A stretch of DNA of 64,000 nt from an uncultured Actinomycetes bacterium (GTDB taxonomy: Bacteria; Actinomycetota; Acidimicrobiia; Acidimicrobiales; Iamiaceae), in contig CAVXRS010000010.1 in the NCBI GenBank assembly GCA_963764215.1, positions 59,153 to 123,152 of the forward strand. Reading direction: 5' to 3'. The translations under genes and the position numbers were made by a program. The notes under the pieces were generated by a model. It was not told where the DNA came from. It did no database searches and saw only the letters and a program-made list of their open reading frames with translations. Below are positions 26,480 to 35,964 of the stretch, one piece after another (position 1 is the first letter of the stretch; every line of letters starts with the position of its first letter).

Positions 26480-27745
26480 ATGAATCGTCGCAAGAAGGTC
26501 AGAGATCGGCAGCGGCGAAGGGTACGGACCCGCTCCAAGTCGATGTTCCTTGTCGGCGTCGGCGCCGCGGTCGCACTCCCTGCGGCCGTGGCAGCACCGC
26601 CAGCAAGTGGCCAGTCCGCCGCTGCACCGAACTCGCCGACCGGGTCCACTGCCGCACCGGAATCCTGCAAGCCCGAAAATGCGGGGCCCGAGAAGCTGGT
26701 CTCCATGACCGACTTCGCCAAATCCGTGTCGCCACAGGATCCGACCGCCATCAGGGCTGCGGCTATTCAGAACAGTGACATGGATGCGGTCTCGTTTCAG
26801 CCGCCGGCGGGGTTCGACCCGCTGACCGCATCCAATGATCTATTGACCAAGTTCGGGTTCCCGGTAAAGCCCGACGATCCCAGTGCTGCGGCGATCTGGA
26901 CGAAGCAAATGCAGAAGGTCAAGGCATACCTTGCTTCGAAGCCGCCGCTGTCCGGGCTCTGCACCCTGCCCGCACGGGAAGAACCGCCCACCCAGGTCTC
27001 GGACGCTACCGCCGGCTTGCAGACCTCGAATGGCTCGCAATCCGTCACTAGCTCACAAGCTCCCCACAATTCGCTCAACTGGGGCGGCATGTGGAACAAC
27101 GACAAGCCGTCGAACTTCTACACAAGCATCAGCGCGACCTACAAGCAGCCGACTTTCGTCTCGGCGTGTACCTCCACCTCAGGACATTCGACCTGGGTCG
27201 GTCTCGGCGGGATAAGCGGGCGTCCGCTGATGCAGGTCGGAACCGACCATGTACGAGGCAACTTGAGTTCCGATTTTGCTTTCTGGGAGACGTTCGGGGG
27301 CCCCGTTCCGACTGGGGGACAAAATGTGATCCCGAACATGAGCGTGCATGCCGGCCAGCCCTACACCGCCGAGGTCTACTACGACAAGAATGCCGACGTG
27401 GCCACGTTCCGCGTCATCGACAAGAACGGAAACACCCAGGGATACCTACTCCATGGCTATACCGTCAACGGGACCTTTTACCCTGCCAGTGACTGGTACT
27501 ACGGCGATCCCGCGGAAGTGATCGACGAGCGGACCTACTACGGCTTTCTTCCTCAGTTCACCGAGACGACCGGGCCGACCGCCTGGTCGAACATCCAGGC
27601 CAACGAACAGAACGCCGGAAACTTCCCCTGGCAGGAAGTCGACATGTACGCGGAATCGAACGGCCAGGGGGATCTGCTCGACTATCCCGAATTTCCCGGC
27701 GGCTCGACCTTCACCATGAACAATCGTTGGTGGAACTGTGAGTGA
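26480..27745 (+). CDS. Secreted peptidase G1 (eqolisin / scytalidoglutamic peptidase-like) family protein with a long N-terminal pro-region
   Basis: Arg-rich N-terminus plus a hydrophobic signal segment. The motifs NWGG, STWVGLGG, LMQVG (catalytic Gln position), FAFWETF and AEVIDE (catalytic Glu position) occur in the same order as in G1 peptidases. Confidence 0.55.
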   Translation: MNRRKKVRDRQRRRVRTRSKSMFLVGVGAAVALPAAVAAPPASGQSAAAPNSPTGSTAAPESCKPENAGPEKLVSMTDFAKSVSPQDPTAIRAAAIQNSDMDAVSFQPPAGFDPLTASNDLLTKFGFPVKPDDPSAAAIWTKQMQKVKAYLASKPPLSGLCTLPAREEPPTQVSDATAGLQTSNGSQSVTSSQAPHNSLNWGGMWNNDKPSNFYTSISATYKQPTFVSACTSTSGHSTWVGLGGISGRPLMQVGTDHVRGNLSSDFAFWETFGGPVPTGGQNVIPNMSVHAGQPYTAEVYYDKNADVATFRVIDKNGNTQGYLLHGYTVNGTFYPASDWYYGDPAEVIDERTYYGFLPQFTETTGPTAWSNIQANEQNAGNFPWQEVDMYAESNGQGDLLDYPEFPGGSTFTMNNRWWNCE

Positions 27746-28076
27746 CCCGGACCACGGCCCAATCGCCACAGAGTCGGACCACGCGGAAGCCATGCCGGCA
27801 GACTCTCAATCGTGTGACGAGGCTCGTCGAAAGCCCAGCCTGCTCGACAAGCCCCGCCTCACGGTCGTGGCAACGATCGGCGTCGCATTGCTCCTGAGCG
27901 GCGCAGCGTTGGTACTCGTACACCATAGTCATCGACAGATCAAATGTGACGACCGCGTTGGCATAAACCTACCTGCCGATATTCCTCCGACCAAGGGCGC
28001 GGTGTATCAGGATCCCAAGCAGGGGTGTAGGTGGGTAGTTCGAAAAGACGCGGACCCTGGACAACCCGGCTCGTGA
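27738..28076 (+). CDS. Small single-pass membrane protein, translationally coupled to the peptidase
   Basis: Its GTG start overlaps the upstream stop (GTGAGTGA). One TM helix (LTVVATIGVALLLSGAALVLV). Confidence 0.5.
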   Translation: MSDPDHGPIATESDHAEAMPADSQSCDEARRKPSLLDKPRLTVVATIGVALLLSGAALVLVHHSHRQIKCDDRVGINLPADIPPTKGAVYQDPKQGCRWVVRKDADPGQPGS

Positions 28077-28097
28077 GTACGCGATCGGCGCGCCAAC

Positions 28098-28973
28098 TTG
28101 GGCGCCACTACTACTCCACCGCCGAATGATCAACATGCCGAGGCGACGATCGCGTACTTGAACCAGACGATACCCGGTCTGCCTGACGGTTTCGGCGAGA
28201 GCCTCACCGACCGCCTGTTCGACTGCGTCGCGCACGGTCAGGCCCAAGCGATCATCATGGCGTCGATGAACCTCGTCCCTCACCTGGATCGAACCTCGTT
28301 CATCGAGAGCACAACCATCGCGGACCTGGTCGCGTGGCTGGGACCCGAACTCCCAGTTACCGGTGCCTCACGTGGATCGAGAGTCCAGCGCCCTCGTGGA
28401 TCGTACGCCACCGCGGCGGCCACACTCCGGCCGATCATCGACAGCGACCTGCAGCAGTCCTACCTCGCCTCGCTCGATCCACGCAACGCACACCGATGGC
28501 GCTTCCGCGGACAAACGCCCTCACCGGACGACTTCAGACGCTCATTCTTCGCACCCGGCGTACTCGCCCAGTTCGCGGTCGTCCCCACCGAAGCGGAGTC
28601 GAACGCAGCACTGGGGATCGTGAGCGCCTACGACGCTGACCTCACAAACGGCTACGCCAGCGTCGCATTCCAGCGCTTCGAATCGGCGACGCCGGACGCG
28701 AGCCGAGACCGGGGCCTCATGATCGACGGTTTCCTCGTCTTCATCCAGTACCTGTTCGACCACTTCAACTTTCGGAAGATCTACCTGGAAATCCCCGAGT
28801 ACAACCTCTGCCTGTTCGAAGGGGGCGCACGAGACATCCTCGTCGAGGAGGGACGACTCAAAGATCACCTCTACTACGGTGATCGATACTGGGACCAGTG
28901 CATCCACGCCCTCTACCGGGCACGCTGGGAGGAGGTCGCCGACCCTTTTCGAGGCGCATGGCAAGGTCGGTGA
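28098..28973 (+). CDS. Protein with an unknown N-terminal domain and a C-terminal GNAT (RimJ/RimL-like) acetyltransferase domain
   Basis: LRPIIDSDL...WRFRGQTPSPDDF...FRKIYLEIPEYN...EGRLKDHLYYGDRYWDQCIHALYRARW. The TTG start is uncertain. The stop lies 6 nt inside the right repeat. Confidence 0.5.
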   Translation: MGATTTPPPNDQHAEATIAYLNQTIPGLPDGFGESLTDRLFDCVAHGQAQAIIMASMNLVPHLDRTSFIESTTIADLVAWLGPELPVTGASRGSRVQRPRGSYATAAATLRPIIDSDLQQSYLASLDPRNAHRWRFRGQTPSPDDFRRSFFAPGVLAQFAVVPTEAESNAALGIVSAYDADLTNGYASVAFQRFESATPDASRDRGLMIDGFLVFIQYLFDHFNFRKIYLEIPEYNLCLFEGGARDILVEEGRLKDHLYYGDRYWDQCIHALYRARWEEVADPFRGAWQGR

Positions 28974-29220
28974 CCGGAGCGTCGGCCACCGACCCGCACG
29001 GGTCGTCGGATCCGAGAATCAGTCGTCGAGGCTGATGGGTTCCTCGTCGGCTTCGGTCATCTCGTCCTCGTCTGCCTCGACCAGGCCGACGGCCTGGCGG
29101 ATCTTCTCGGACACCTCGACCATGATCTCGGGATTCTCGGCCAGGAACTGCTTGGCGTTCTCCCGGCCCTGCCCGAGCTGTTCGCCTTCGTAGGTGTACC
29201 AGGCACCCGACTTGCGGATG
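28968..29220. repeat. Direct repeat copy 2 (253 bp), continuous with intact recA
   Basis: See copy 1. Confidence 0.9.
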
Positions 29221-30059
29221 ATGTCCTCGTCGACCCCGATGTCGAGCACCGAGCCCTCACGGCTGATGCCCTTGCCGTACATGATGTCGAACTCGGCCTG
29301 CCGGAACGGCGGGGCCACCTTGTTCTTGACGATCTTGGCCCGGGTGCGGTTGCCCACCACCTCGGGACCGTCCTTGATCGCCTCGATGCGGCGTACGTCG
29401 ATGCGGACCGACGAGTAGAACTTGAGCGCCCGCCCACCCGGGGTCGTCTCGGGTGACCCGAACATCACCCCGATCTTCTCGCGGAGCTGGTTGATGAAGA
29501 TGCACACGGTGTGGGACTTGTTCAGATTGGCGGTGAGCTTGCGCAGCGCCTGGGACATCAGCCGGGCCTGGAGCCCCACGTGGGAGTCCCCCATCTCGCC
29601 CTCGATCTCGGCACGCGGGGTGAGCGCCGCCACCGAGTCGATCACCACCACGTCCAGGGCGTTCGAGCGGATCAGCATGTCGGTGATCTCCAGGGCCTGC
29701 TCCCCGGTGTCGGGCTGGGAGATCAACAACTCGTCGATGTCGACCCCGATGTTGGCCGCGTACGCCGGGTCCATCGCGTGCTCCGCGTCGATGTAGGCAG
29801 AGATCCCACCGTTGCGCTGCGCCTCGGCGACCACGTGCATGGCCAGGGTCGACTTCCCCGAGGCCTCGGGTCCGTACACCTCGACGACCCGACCCCGCGG
29901 CAGTCCGCCGACGCCGAGCGCCAGGTCGAGGGCCAGTGCCCCGGTGGAGACGGTTTCGACCTGCATCGAACCCTTCTCCCCCATCTTCATCACCGATCCG
30001 GTGCCGTACTGCTTCTCGATCTGGCTGAGGGCCATGTCCAGGGCCTTGTCTCGCTCCAC
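29019..30059 (-). CDS. recA: Recombinase RecA (no intein)
   Basis: Walker [10 protein letters not shown] and the L2 region. GTG start preceded by AAGGAG. Confidence 0.95.
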   Translation of the reverse strand: MERDKALDMALSQIEKQYGTGSVMKMGEKGSMQVETVSTGALALDLALGVGGLPRGRVVEVYGPEASGKSTLAMHVVAEAQRNGGISAYIDAEHAMDPAYAANIGVDIDELLISQPDTGEQALEITDMLIRSNALDVVVIDSVAALTPRAEIEGEMGDSHVGLQARLMSQALRKLTANLNKSHTVCIFINQLREKIGVMFGSPETTPGGRALKFYSSVRIDVRRIEAIKDGPEVVGNRTRAKIVKNKVAPPFRQAEFDIMYGKGISREGSVLDIGVDEDIIRKSGAWYTYEGEQLGQGRENAKQFLAENPEIMVEVSEKIRQAVGLVEADEDEMTEADEEPISLDD

Positions 30060-30245
30060 GATCCGTCTCCTTGTTTCTGCCTTGTGGCTTCGCTGTGTGG
30101 TCGGGCTGCACGGGTCTGAGCGCAGCGATCAGTCGATGTCGGTCACCCTAAAGACGGGGTGGGACACTTTCGGTGGATGGGTATTCGACGGCTGGGCCCG
30201 GGTGGTCCCGACCGACAGACCATCGAATGACAACAGCGTAGTTTC

Positions 30246-30259
30246 CGAACGGGTGTTCG
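30246..30259. promoter_or_regulatory. SOS (LexA) box CGAACGGGTGTTCG upstream of recA
   Basis: Reverse complement of the 14-mer at the lexA locus. It lies about 190 nt upstream of the recA start and 2 nt from the cinA stop. Confidence 0.8.
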
Positions 30260-30260
30260 G

Positions 30261-31535
30261 TCAACGACCCTCGCCGCGCGACAGCGCCCGGCGCAGCAGG
30301 TCCAGGGCGCTGATCGTGGCATACGCCCGCACGCGCGCCCGGTCGCCGAACAGCGACAGCCGGTGGGCGTGACACCTCCTCGCCCAACGCGAGGCCCACG
30401 AACACCGTGCCGGGAGGCTGACCGTCCTGCTCGGCCGGCCCCGCCACGCCGGTGATCGACAGCCCCACCTCGGCGCCGAGCAACCGCCGCACCCCGTCGG
30501 CCATCGCCTCGGCCGCCGCCGCGGCGACCACCGGTCCGCGGGGCACCTCGAGCAGGTCCCACTTCACCTCGCTCGCGTAGCCTGACCACCCCACCGGTCA
30601 CCACGTCCGAGGCGCCGGCCACGTCGGTCAACCGGGCGGTGACGAGTCCCCCGGTCATCGACTCGGCCACCGCCAGATGCGCACCCGAGGCACGGAGACG
30701 GTCGAGCACCACGACTCTCCATGGTCTGATCATCCTCGCCGAAGACCAGTTCCCCGAGTTCGTCACGCAGGGAATCGGCGACGTGGTCGACCGCGGCGCG
30801 GGCCGCGGCGGCGCTGTCGGCCTTGGCCGTCACCCGCACCTTGATGCCCTCGATCCCACTGGCGAGAAAGGCGATCGTCGCGCGACCGTCCTCGTCGAGC
30901 TCGGCGATCCTGCCCTCGAGGCGCTCGGCCAGGGACGATTCGGACTCACCCCAGGTGCGCAGCGTGCGCGAATGGATCGCCACGGCGCCGCCCTGGCGGG
31001 CGAGCAGATCGGGCAGCACGGCCCGCTCGAGCATCTCGGCCATCTCGTGGGGCACGCCAGGGATCGCGTAGACGACCTTTTCGACGGGCGCCCCGGCTGT
31101 ATCGGTTCTCGCCACGGGGCAGATCAGTCCCGGCGCCGTCCCCCGGGTCTGGGGGATGACGATGGCCCCTTCGGGCACGTCGGCCTGGACCAGGTTGTTG
31201 TCGGCCATCCGTCGGTCACGGGCCGCGAACATGGCCCGGATCACGTCTACCAACGCCTCGTCCCGGATCAGCTCGACGCCCATGACCCTCGCCAGCACCT
31301 GGCGGGTGATGTCGTCGTGAGTCGGGCCCAGTCCCCCGCACACGATCACCGCATCGGCCCGCCCCAGTGCGCCCTCGATCGCGTCGACGACCCGTTCGAG
31401 GTTGTCGCCGACCTTCGTCTGGCGCAGCGAGTCGATGCCCGATGCGGCCAGGCGTTCGCCGATCACCGCCGAGTTGGTGTCGATGACCTGGCCGAGCAGC
31501 AACTCGGTTCCCACCGCCACCACCTCACAGCGCAT
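30261..31535 (-). pseudogene. cinA: CinA (MoCF-binding domain plus PncC-type nicotinamide-nucleotide amidase domain); 3 frame switches
   Basis: N-terminal domain MRCEVVAVGTELLLGQVIDTNS is intact. The C-terminal homology (VAESMTGG / YASEVKWDLL...ITGVAGP / HRLSLFGDRARVRAYATISALDLLRR) is spread over frames 2, 3 and back to 1. The total length of 1275 is a multiple of 3. Confidence 0.8.
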
Positions 31536-31725
31536 CCGCCGACCCTATCCCGCCCGTCGTCATCAGGCGGGTGCACGTCCCAGGCGCCCGGCGACAACTC
31601 GGACCGTGGCGCCAGGTGCAGTACGCCGCGGTAGGTGAGCCGGCGTCCGGTCCGGTCACCCCGTGCGCTTCGAACGTTGCTGGTCGCCGGCCGAAGGTGT
31701 CCTACCCGGCTGGGATGATGAACAC

Positions 31726-32940
31726 ATGTTCGATTCGGTGGCGCTCTGCGAGACCGGGCGGAACCTCGCCGGTTCCGATGTGCGGCTGTGTTCCGATGAG
31801 GAACTGTTCGACGCGGTCGGTGGGCTGGCCGCGTTGCGGAGTTTCGTGGAGACCACCGAAGCCCACGTGCTCGCCGAATTGGAGTCCCGGGGATCGACCG
31901 ATCGGGTGCACGGGATGCGCACCGTCGCCTGGGCCGCGGCGACCACCGGCGCCAACCGCGGCCCGATCCACAGCCGCCTCCACGTCGGCCGGGCCCTGCG
32001 CTGCCCTTTCGACCGGATCGACGATGCCATCGTGAACGGAGCGTTGAGCTTCGATCACGCCAAAGCCCTCGTCGATGTCACCAACCCGCGTTGCACCGAC
32101 GCTCTCGCCGCCGCCCAGGACCAGATCATCGACCTCGCCCACGGTGCCACGTTCACCCAATGGAAACGCGACGTCACCGCCCTCGCCGAAATCGCCGACG
32201 AAGACGGCATCGAACCCGACCCCTACGCGGGTAACGAACTGCGCCTCCCCAAAACCCTGGACGGGCGCACCGACCTGTCCGGCACCCTCGACGCCGCAAA
32301 CGGCCTGTCGGTACGCACCGCGATCGACACCAAAGCCGACGAACTGTTCCACCAATTCACCCGCGACCACGACACCACCACCGACATTGCCATCCCCGGG
32401 CGTGCCACCCTGCGCGCCCTCGCCCTGGTCGAACTGCTCCGCACCGCCATCGGCGCCGAACCCGGCACCGGCACAGCCCCACGCGCTGAGATCACCCTCA
32501 TCGCGCATGACCGGCAAACCTGTGCCACCGACGGCACCCCACTCCCCCAAGCTGCCATCGACACCTGGGGTTGTGACCCGCACGTGTGGGGAGTGCTCAT
32601 CGACAAAATGGGCATCCCCATCGACGTCGGCCATCGCAGCCGGCTCGCCACCACCGCCCAACGCCACGCCATCACCATCCGCGACGCAGGCTGCACCTTC
32701 CCCGGATGCGACGCCCCCATCAACTGGTGCGACCTCCACCACGCCACCCCCTGGCAACAAGGCGGCCCCACCGACCTCGCCAACCTCGTCGCCCTCTGCC
32801 GCCACCACCACGGCGTCACCCACCGCAACGGCTGGACCATGACCCTCGACCACCACCAAACCCCCCACTGGACCACCCCCACCGGCACCCACCTCACCGG
32901 CCAACGCCACCACCGACGGCGTGGCGGACCGGAACCGTGA
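31726..32940 (+). CDS. DUF222 plus HNH endonuclease protein (REP13E12-like family)
   Basis: C-terminal HNH module: RDAGCTFPGCDAP...CDLHHATPWQQGGPTDLANLVALCRHHH. Confidence 0.75.
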   Translation: MFDSVALCETGRNLAGSDVRLCSDEELFDAVGGLAALRSFVETTEAHVLAELESRGSTDRVHGMRTVAWAAATTGANRGPIHSRLHVGRALRCPFDRIDDAIVNGALSFDHAKALVDVTNPRCTDALAAAQDQIIDLAHGATFTQWKRDVTALAEIADEDGIEPDPYAGNELRLPKTLDGRTDLSGTLDAANGLSVRTAIDTKADELFHQFTRDHDTTTDIAIPGRATLRALALVELLRTAIGAEPGTGTAPRAEITLIAHDRQTCATDGTPLPQAAIDTWGCDPHVWGVLIDKMGIPIDVGHRSRLATTAQRHAITIRDAGCTFPGCDAPINWCDLHHATPWQQGGPTDLANLVALCRHHHGVTHRNGWTMTLDHHQTPHWTTPTGTHLTGQRHHRRRGGPEP

Positions 32941-33004
32941 CGCCCGAGCACGGCGGGAGACCACTTTCTCGGCTGGGAAGATGAGACCTAGAGTCGGCTC
33001 CGTC

Positions 33005-33928
33005 ATGGAACTCCGCATCTTCACCGAACCCCAGCAGGGCGCCACCTACGACGATCTGCTGGCGGTCGCCCGCACCGCCGAAGACCTCGGATTCGGCGCC
33101 TTCTTCCGCTCCGATCATTACGAGAAGATGGGCGATGTGTCGGGCCTTCCCGGACCCACCGACGCCTGGATCACCCTCGCCGGCCTCGCCCGCGACACCT
33201 CGACGATCCGGCTCGGCACGCTCGTCACCGCCGGAACCTTCCGCCTGCCCGGCCCGCTCGCCATCGCCGTGGCCACCGTGGATGCGATGAGCGGCGGTCG
33301 GGTCGAGCTCGGACTCGGTACGGGCTGGTACGAGGTCGAACACGACAGCTACGGCATCCCCTTCCCCGATCTCGGCGAGCGCTTCGACCGGCTCACCGAG
33401 CAATTCGCGATCGTCACCGGCCTCTGGGACGCCCCCGAGGGCGAACGCTTCACGTTCCACGGCGAGCACTACGACCTCGTCGACTCCCCGGCACTGCCCA
33501 AACCTCGCCAGACGCCGCACCCGCCCATCATCGTCGGCGGCGCAGGACCGCGGCGCACCCCCGCGCTCGCAGCCCGCTACGCCGCCGAGTACAACGTGCC
33601 ATTTCATTCGGCTCCTGACACCGCCGCTGCGTACACGCGTGTCCGCGAGGCCTGCACCTCTCTCGGCCGGTCCCCGGACGACCTCGTCTATTCGGCCGCC
33701 CAGGTGGTGTGCGTCGGCGCGGACGAGGCCGAGTTCACCCGCCGCGCCGACGCGATCGGACGCGCACCGGACGAACTCCGCACGAACGGCATCGCCGGCA
33801 CTCCCGACGAAGCACGAGCCAAGATCGCCGAATTCGCCGGGATCGGGACGAGCCGGATCTACCTGCAGGTCCTCGACCTGTCCGATCTCGACCACCTCGG
33901 ACTGATTGCAGGCGAGTGCATGGACTAG
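33005..33928 (+). CDS. LLM-class F420-dependent oxidoreductase
   Basis: MELRIFTEPQQGATYDDLLAVARTAEDLGFGAFFRSDHY... is typical of the luciferase-like Rv1855c family. Confidence 0.75.
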   Translation: MELRIFTEPQQGATYDDLLAVARTAEDLGFGAFFRSDHYEKMGDVSGLPGPTDAWITLAGLARDTSTIRLGTLVTAGTFRLPGPLAIAVATVDAMSGGRVELGLGTGWYEVEHDSYGIPFPDLGERFDRLTEQFAIVTGLWDAPEGERFTFHGEHYDLVDSPALPKPRQTPHPPIIVGGAGPRRTPALAARYAAEYNVPFHSAPDTAAAYTRVREACTSLGRSPDDLVYSAAQVVCVGADEAEFTRRADAIGRAPDELRTNGIAGTPDEARAKIAEFAGIGTSRIYLQVLDLSDLDHLGLIAGECMD

Positions 33929-33963
33929 CGGTTTCCCCTGGCACGGACCCACTCGAAAGTCCC

Positions 33964-35943
33964 GTGCACCAGGAGAGGGAACCGAACGCGTCGAGACGCG
34001 ACCAGTGGATCTTCCGTTGCGCGGTCGCCCTGGCGACGACACCGATCCTGATCGCGGCCGTCCGAAACGGGGCGCAGCACTGGTTTCCCTCGGCCGATGC
34101 AGCGATCACGGCAGTTCGCACCAACGACGTGTTCTCCGCTCATCCCCCACTGGTCGGACTCCCGGCGTTTCCCTCGACAACCTCGAGCATCGACTACAGC
34201 TACCTGGGTGCACCGATCAACTACCTGCTCGCGCTCCCGGTCGAGGTCTGGGGCACCACCTGGGGCACGGTGATCGGAATGGGGCTGTTGAACTCGGCCT
34301 GGTTCGTCACCGCACTGTGGCTGATCAGACGTCGCATCGGCTACCGCGCGGCGTTGCTCGGGTGCCTCTTCGGCGTGACCCTGCTCTGGGGTGTCGGCAG
34401 TCAGGCACTGGTCGACCCGACACCCGTACGGTGCGGCATCATCGCGATGTTGACCCTGTTCGCCGCGGCGTGGTCGGTCGCCGACGGCGACTCGGTCGCG
34501 CTGCTCCCGCTGTCGATCGCCGCGAATTTCCTGATCCTCGACCATCTGAAGTTCATCGTCGTGGCGCCTTTGCTCAGTGCCGTCGCCCTGATGCTCTGGG
34601 CCTGGCAGCTTCGTCGTCGACGCGTGGGGACCTCGCCGTCCCGCGGCGCGAGGGACCGGCACCCCATTCGCTGGTTGGTCGTCTCCGGTGCCGTGGGCTT
34701 AGCCATGTGGATCCCGTCACTCGTCCAACAGTTCTTCACGGCCGAGGGGAACATCGGGGACCTGGTCCGCGCCCTCGCCCAGGGATCGTCCGGTCCGACC
34801 AGTGGGGCGATCCGACACGGCCCCATCGATGCGATCGGCGTCGCCTCGTCGACGCTGACGACGTGGCCGCTCTGGTTCCGCGACTCACTGTCGTCTCCCA
34901 ACTTCTCGACCTACGGACCGTCAAGCGGGTTCGTGACCGAGACGGTCGGGATCGTCGTCGTCACCGCGCTGTTCGCCGTGTTGGGTCGCAACGCCTACCG
35001 GAGGCGCGACAAGACCGCCGCGACGGCGCTGCTCACCGGAGTCCTGGCGTGGGTGGCCTGGCTCGTCAGTGCTCTCGTGCTCCCCACCGAATCGGGTTGG
35101 GCACTGCGCTATTTCCAGGCGCTCTGGCCGATGGCGATGTTCGCGTTGTTCACCCTCGCCATCGGGACCGTCCGAACCGGATGGCTCAGCGGGCTCGCAT
35201 CGCGACGGCAGGTGCGCTTCCCGGCCACGATCGCCGTGTTCGGGGTGTTGGTCGCCTTCGTCGCGCTGTCGATCCCCACCGCGAACTTCGGCGCGGCCAC
35301 CACCCAGGATGCGATCGCCCCCGCACGACAGCTTCGTGACGCCGTAGCCGCCCAGGTGCGCCCCGGTCAGAAGGTCCTCGTGAACTTCGACATGAAGTCA
35401 TGGCCGTACGTCTCCGACGTCGTGCTCGGCCTCCAGCAGGCGGGCGCAGCGCCCCGCTTCGAATCCACGTGGGCCCTTCGCACCTATGGCGCCCACCGAA
35501 AGTTCGATCCCCGAACCGACTCCCGTCACGGGGAGCTGTTCGTCGGCCCCTCCATGCCCACCGGAACCGGTTGGAAACTGGTGACCCTCGCCGGGCCGGG
35601 CCTGGCCACGGCGGGCGTCGAGTACCTGTCGAACACGCCGAAGATGGAGCAGTGGGCTGCGCACGCGCAGGTCCTCCGGCCCCCGGCCTCTGCCCCGCTC
35701 ACCAGCGCACAGCGTGCCTTCGTCGAGACGATCACGGCGCGGTCGATCCGGCTCGCTCGGGAACGGGGCACATCCGTGTTGGATGATCCCCAGTTCATCG
35801 ACCTGGTGACCGCGCCCGACCACCGGTACCTGCTCGACGCGATCGATGCCAGGGGGATGACCCGCGGGCAGAAACTGGACTGGCTCCGGGTCCAGGCCGA
35901 ACGGCTGCACGGCCGCGCCGTGTTCGTCTACCAGCGGGAATGA
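33964..35943 (+). CDS. Large polytopic membrane protein with a C-terminal soluble domain (function unknown, possibly GT-C-like)
   Basis: At least 10 hydrophobic segments. GTG at 33964 was chosen after the upstream stop. Confidence 0.45.
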   Translation: MHQEREPNASRRDQWIFRCAVALATTPILIAAVRNGAQHWFPSADAAITAVRTNDVFSAHPPLVGLPAFPSTTSSIDYSYLGAPINYLLALPVEVWGTTWGTVIGMGLLNSAWFVTALWLIRRRIGYRAALLGCLFGVTLLWGVGSQALVDPTPVRCGIIAMLTLFAAAWSVADGDSVALLPLSIAANFLILDHLKFIVVAPLLSAVALMLWAWQLRRRRVGTSPSRGARDRHPIRWLVVSGAVGLAMWIPSLVQQFFTAEGNIGDLVRALAQGSSGPTSGAIRHGPIDAIGVASSTLTTWPLWFRDSLSSPNFSTYGPSSGFVTETVGIVVVTALFAVLGRNAYRRRDKTAATALLTGVLAWVAWLVSALVLPTESGWALRYFQALWPMAMFALFTLAIGTVRTGWLSGLASRRQVRFPATIAVFGVLVAFVALSIPTANFGAATTQDAIAPARQLRDAVAAQVRPGQKVLVNFDMKSWPYVSDVVLGLQQAGAAPRFESTWALRTYGAHRKFDPRTDSRHGELFVGPSMPTGTGWKLVTLAGPGLATAGVEYLSNTPKMEQWAAHAQVLRPPASAPLTSAQRAFVETITARSIRLARERGTSVLDDPQFIDLVTAPDHRYLLDAIDARGMTRGQKLDWLRVQAERLHGRAVFVYQRE

Positions 35944-35964
35944 GCGTCCCGGCGTGTGGGCGGC

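Larger units (their letters stand above)
26089..29220. mobile_element. Putative integrated island in the recA 3' end (repeat - 2626 bp cargo - repeat), no recombinase gene
   Basis: Duplication of the target 3' end. The cargo is AT-richer (about 55% GC on hand-counted 60-nt lines, against about 70-75% in flanks). Three co-directional ORFs. Confidence 0.55.

Noticed and set aside
26342-28967. Integrase, transposase or replication gene inside the recA island.
   Set aside because: I checked all six frames of the track. Only the three plus-strand ORFs are plausible, and none shows tyrosine or serine recombinase, DDE or Rep motifs.
26095-29018. recX downstream of recA.
   Set aside because: No ORF with RecX-like helical repeats lies downstream of either recA copy. 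The space is taken by the island and a convergent hypothetical gene.
30060-30245. RecA-NDp / PafBC-type promoter motif (tTGTCRgtg-N8-TAnnnT) upstream of recA.
   Set aside because: Only partial matches to the left half occur (CTGTCGGTC, TTGTCATTC), with no proper TAnnnT at the right spacing.
33709-33963. N-terminal extension of the 744-aa membrane-protein ORF.
   Set aside because: It overlaps the F420 oxidoreductase gene in another frame and is Arg-rich. The start was moved to GTG 33964.
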